Shown here: in pieces, positions 60,551-64,000 of the stretch
Layout of the letters: every line of letters starts with the position of its first letter
Numbering within the stretch: the stretch's first letter is position 1
DNA from: Macrostomum lignano
Lineage: Eukaryota
Direction of reading: 5' to 3'
Length of the DNA stretch: 64,000 bases
NCBI GenBank assembly: GCA_002269645.1
Contig: NIVC01002355.1
Location: forward strand, 62,001 to 126,000
Translations under genes and position numbers: made by a program
Notes under the pieces: model-generated
The model's input: only the letters and a program-made list of their open reading frames with translations
The model's database searches: none
Told to the model about the DNA's origin: nothing

Positions 60551-62805
60551 AGACAATCAAATTCGGTCTGCAAGATGTTTCTATTACGCTTAGCTAAGGT
60601 GGACTTCAACATGATTTTTAATCAAGGTTTTCGCCTACTGCTGACCGTGACCTCCGTGACCTGCTACGCACTGCTGGTGGTCATTCACGTGTTCATGCTG
60701 AGGCCCATGTTCAAGATCTGCGGCAAGGCCTGCTTCAGCTTGATCAGTCGCTGGTTCTTCGCCGAGGACATCCAAAATCCTCTGTCAGCGATTCATAACG
60801 AAATTGCGGCCGTCTGCTATCTGACCAATGTGAGTAGTGGGAAGCTCTTAGTGAGCTGCTGTGCCTGTTGCTATTTACATTTATATGCAGCCATTTGATT
60901 GTAGGGCTAGTACGCTCGTAGCTTTATTCTGTAAACTAATCATGTAGGTAATTTATGTCAGATGCTTCCATTGGATAATGGATCGTTGATGAAAATTGCT
61001 GTAAATAAAAGGCGTGTCAATGTCAATACAGTTCAAGGGTTGTCAGATGCTGCAATTGGGTGTCAGAGGCTGTAATTGGATGTCAGATGCTGTAATTGTA
61101 TGTCAGATGCTGTAATTGGGTGTCAGATGCTGTAATTGGGTGTCAGATGCTTTAATGCGCGTGTCAAGATGCTGTAATGGGAGTGTCAGATGCTGTAATA
61201 GGGTGACAGATGCTGTAATGGGGTGTCAAATGCTGTAATGGGGTGTCAGATGCTGTGATAGGGTGTCAAATGCTATAATGGGGTGTCAGATGCTGTAATA
61301 GGGTGTCAAATGCTATAATATTGGGTGTCAAATGATGTAATAATGGATGTCAGATGCTGTAATTAGATGCCGGATGCTGTGAAGAGGTGTCAGATGCTGT
61401 AATTGGGTGTCAGATTCTGTAACCTGGCAAGTCAGGACAAACCGCTGCACACAGCGCACCCCGCCGAACCGCAGGTGCAGGACATGACGGTGCTGTCATT
61501 CGGCCTGCTGTTCTGCGCCATGTTCCTGGTAGAGCTGTGCCTGCTTCAGCGCAAGCGACGCCAGCTGCTCTCCCTGCTGATGCCGAAGGATTCTGACAAG
61601 AAGCAGACCAACCAGCGGAAGCAGCCCGCCACCGCCTCAGCAGCCGCCGCCGCCGCGTCGGGCGAAAATTCTGGCGACAAACCCGATGCGAAAATCATGC
61701 GACAGCGGCTGCATCGGAGGTCCTCCACGACGAGGTTCATCGGCCGACTGGCTCTGCTCATACCGTCAGCATTCTTGTCCACCGTGCACCTGATCTGCTC
61801 GCTAATCACTTACCTGCTGTTTCACCTGGTGCTGCCAACTTTGGCTGCAGATGTTCGCAAAACTAACGAGAACTACTTGGAGGCGATCAAATGGCGATCG
61901 TTTATCTACGTGAGCTGGGGTTATCGGTAGTGTTTGTTCTGGAACTGTTAGTAGGGCTGCCCCTGCAGCTAGCTGAAGTATGGATTCGTCTTGGCTGGAG
62001 TGGAGGGTCTTAGAGCTGAAATTGAGGTTGTGAGTCAGCCCTGAAGTGAAGGACGTGAGCCTGCCCTGAAGTGTAGGTTGTGAGTCAGCCCTGAAGTGGA
62101 GGGCGTGAGCCTGCCCTGAAGTGTAGGTTGTGAGTCAGCCCTGAAGTGGAGGGCGTGAGCCTGCCCTGAAGTGTAGGTTGTGAGTCAGCCCTGAAGTGGA
62201 GGACGTGAGCCTGCCCTGAAGTGGAGGGCGTGAGCCTGCCCTGAAGAGTAGGTTATGAGTCAGCCCTGAAGTGGAGGGCGTGAGCCTGCCCTAAAGTGTA
62301 GGTTGTGAGTCAGCCCTGAAGTGGAGGATGTGAGCCTGCCCTGAAGTGTAGGTTGTGAGTCAGCCCTGAAGTGGAGGGCGTGAGCCTGCCCTGAAGTGTA
62401 GGTTGTGAGTCAGCCCTGAAGTGGAGGATGTGAGCCTGCCCTGAAGTGGAGGGCATGAGCCTGCCCTGAAGTGTAGGTTGTGAGTCAGCCCTGAAGTGGA
62501 GGACGTGAGCCTGCCCTGAAGTGGAGGACGTGAGCCTGCCCTGAAGTGGAGGACGTGAGCCTGCTCCGAATTCGCAAACGTCACTCCCTTGCCAAAGACA
62601 CGCACCAGTACCAAATGACTCTCACACTGGAATCGCAACACTTGAATTCCAGCTGTTCCTGTCGTTCTTCCAGTGCGGCTTCTACTGGTCCATGGCGGGC
62701 ATCAACACCAGCATGCTGAAGGCCATCTACAACCGGTCTAGGAGGCAGGACCAGTTCAGGCGAATGAACGCCAGCGTGTTCACGGAGGGAAATACAATCA
62801 TTTGA
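60551..62805 (+). CDS. 3' exons of a multi-pass membrane protein, GPCR-like (exons ~60551-60829, 61475-61909, 62674-62805); 5' exons not identified
   Basis: In-frame phase-0 junctions AAT|GTGAGT, CGCAG|GTG, TAC|GTGAGC, TCCAG|TGC; four hydrophobic helices with a long basic loop between the 2nd and 3rd; INTSMLKAIYN plus an amphipathic RRQDQFRRM tail. Confidence 0.55.
61040..61420. repeat. 20-22-bp minisatellite GTGTCAGATGCTGTAATTGG in an intron
   Basis: Direct reading. Confidence 0.9.
62025..62565. repeat. 25/50-bp minisatellite (GCCCTGAAGTG-based dimer) in an intron
   Basis: Alternating GCCCTGAAGTGTAGGTTGTGAGTCA and GCCCTGAAGTGGAGGGCGTGAGCCT subunits. Confidence 0.92.
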
Positions 62806-64000
62806 TAAATAGCGGTGCTCAATCTCAAAAAAATATTTTTATAGAGAGTTTATGTATAACTTTTGCAGTTTTTGCATATTTTTAACGGTAGTGCTCTATG
62901 ATACAGTAAGACAAGTATAGGGCAATTGTTGCTATGTACTTTTTAACTAGGGAGACTGTAGCTAAGGCCACCGTTGCTATAGAAACCGTAGCAAATTGAC
63001 ACCGTTGCTATAGAAACTGTAGATAAGGTAAACGCCGCTTATGGAACTTTATTGTCGAGGGCAATAGCTATAGTATCTAAATTGAGAGCAGCGTTTCAAA
63101 AATTTAATATTGAGATACGGATCCGAGGGTCAATTGCTGCTAATTAGTGGCTGTTAGAGCAAGGTAAATGATGCACTTTATAAAGACCTTTTTAAGGCGT
63201 CTTACTTTATATTTTGTCAGCTGAAAAAACTCACTACTTGTCTACGGCTCGAAAAAAGCAGATTTATGTAGAAAAAAAATGGAATTTTTTAGTATCATTA
63301 GAATTAGAAAAATAAAAACAGGTGAGAAAGTTAATTAAATAAGTTTATTTACAGCGTACATGGCTGCTAAACTGCTAAAAGCACACTTTTATACTCATAG
63401 ATCATTACATTCCCTAGGTGCTATGGACCTAATGTATCTCTTTAAAGATCAACACCGTCTATTTATAGTTTAAGTCCAGCAGCATGAACGATAATTGCAT
63501 GCCTTTTCGTGCCATGACGCAGTTGCCTGGGTTAAAAAACGTTAAAACCGTTAAAAAAAGTAAGCAAGAAAACAAAAACAAAAGGCAAAAAAACAAACAA
63601 GCAGCAAACTTGAAGAAAACGTTTCAACATTCCAATAAATGGCTGGAAACTGCATAGCAAATAGGAGAATCTGCCATCTATGCTTGTACTTTAGCAGTCC
63701 TTGAATCTTAACTGAAACAGATTTCTTTTGTTTTTGATAACACTGGTTTAGGAGCTGAATAAGATTTAAATTAATGTAATAAACATGTGCAGTGTAATCT
63801 GAATAAATATGGAACACACTGAGTGTGATTAAAGAAACTTCACACAGTGTTTTCTTGTCGTGAGTTTTTTTAATTTTTCATTGAATGGTTGCGTTGCTCA
63901 GTTGAGCCGGACCGACAGAAGCACCAGTGACGTCACGGCACCGACAGAGGCGATGATGATGGAATGCTCCCCGTGCACCGACCTGCCCACCTTGAAAACT

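Noticed and set aside
63901-64000. Open, GC-richer segment after a CTCAG acceptor-like site
   Set aside because: Truncated by the window edge; cannot be assigned to a gene

Overview
Eukaryotic, repeat-rich invertebrate DNA with spliceosomal GT-AG genes, SINEs, LINE fragments and many minisatellites. The style resembles a free-living flatworm such as Macrostomum, which is an inference I cannot confirm. The left two-thirds (4-40.5 kb) is a birth-and-death cluster of two-exon genes encoding signal peptide + PAN/Apple domain + F-type (fucose-binding) lectin domain. It holds 3 apparently intact copies, 1 copy with a damaged 5' end, 1 full-length pseudogene and 2 exon-2 relics. Interspersed are an intact DD34D mariner, a hAT-type MITE carrying an internal satellite, two tRNA-derived SINE families (one with a CORE domain) and RTE-like LINE fragments. 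A complete Ngaro-type tyrosine-recombinase retrotransposon (31152-35643, minus strand) sits inside a lectin exon. The most striking signal is in that element. It carries a textbook -1 ribosomal frameshift site at the gag stop, plus a strong donor/acceptor pair that would splice the SAP-domain Gag N-terminus in frame onto the recombinase, suggesting three proteins from one transcript. The right third holds a 7-exon centrobin-like gene (45.2-57.3 kb) with a long YDS-repeat C-terminal expansion and satellite-filled introns, and the 3' exons of a GPCR-like membrane protein gene.
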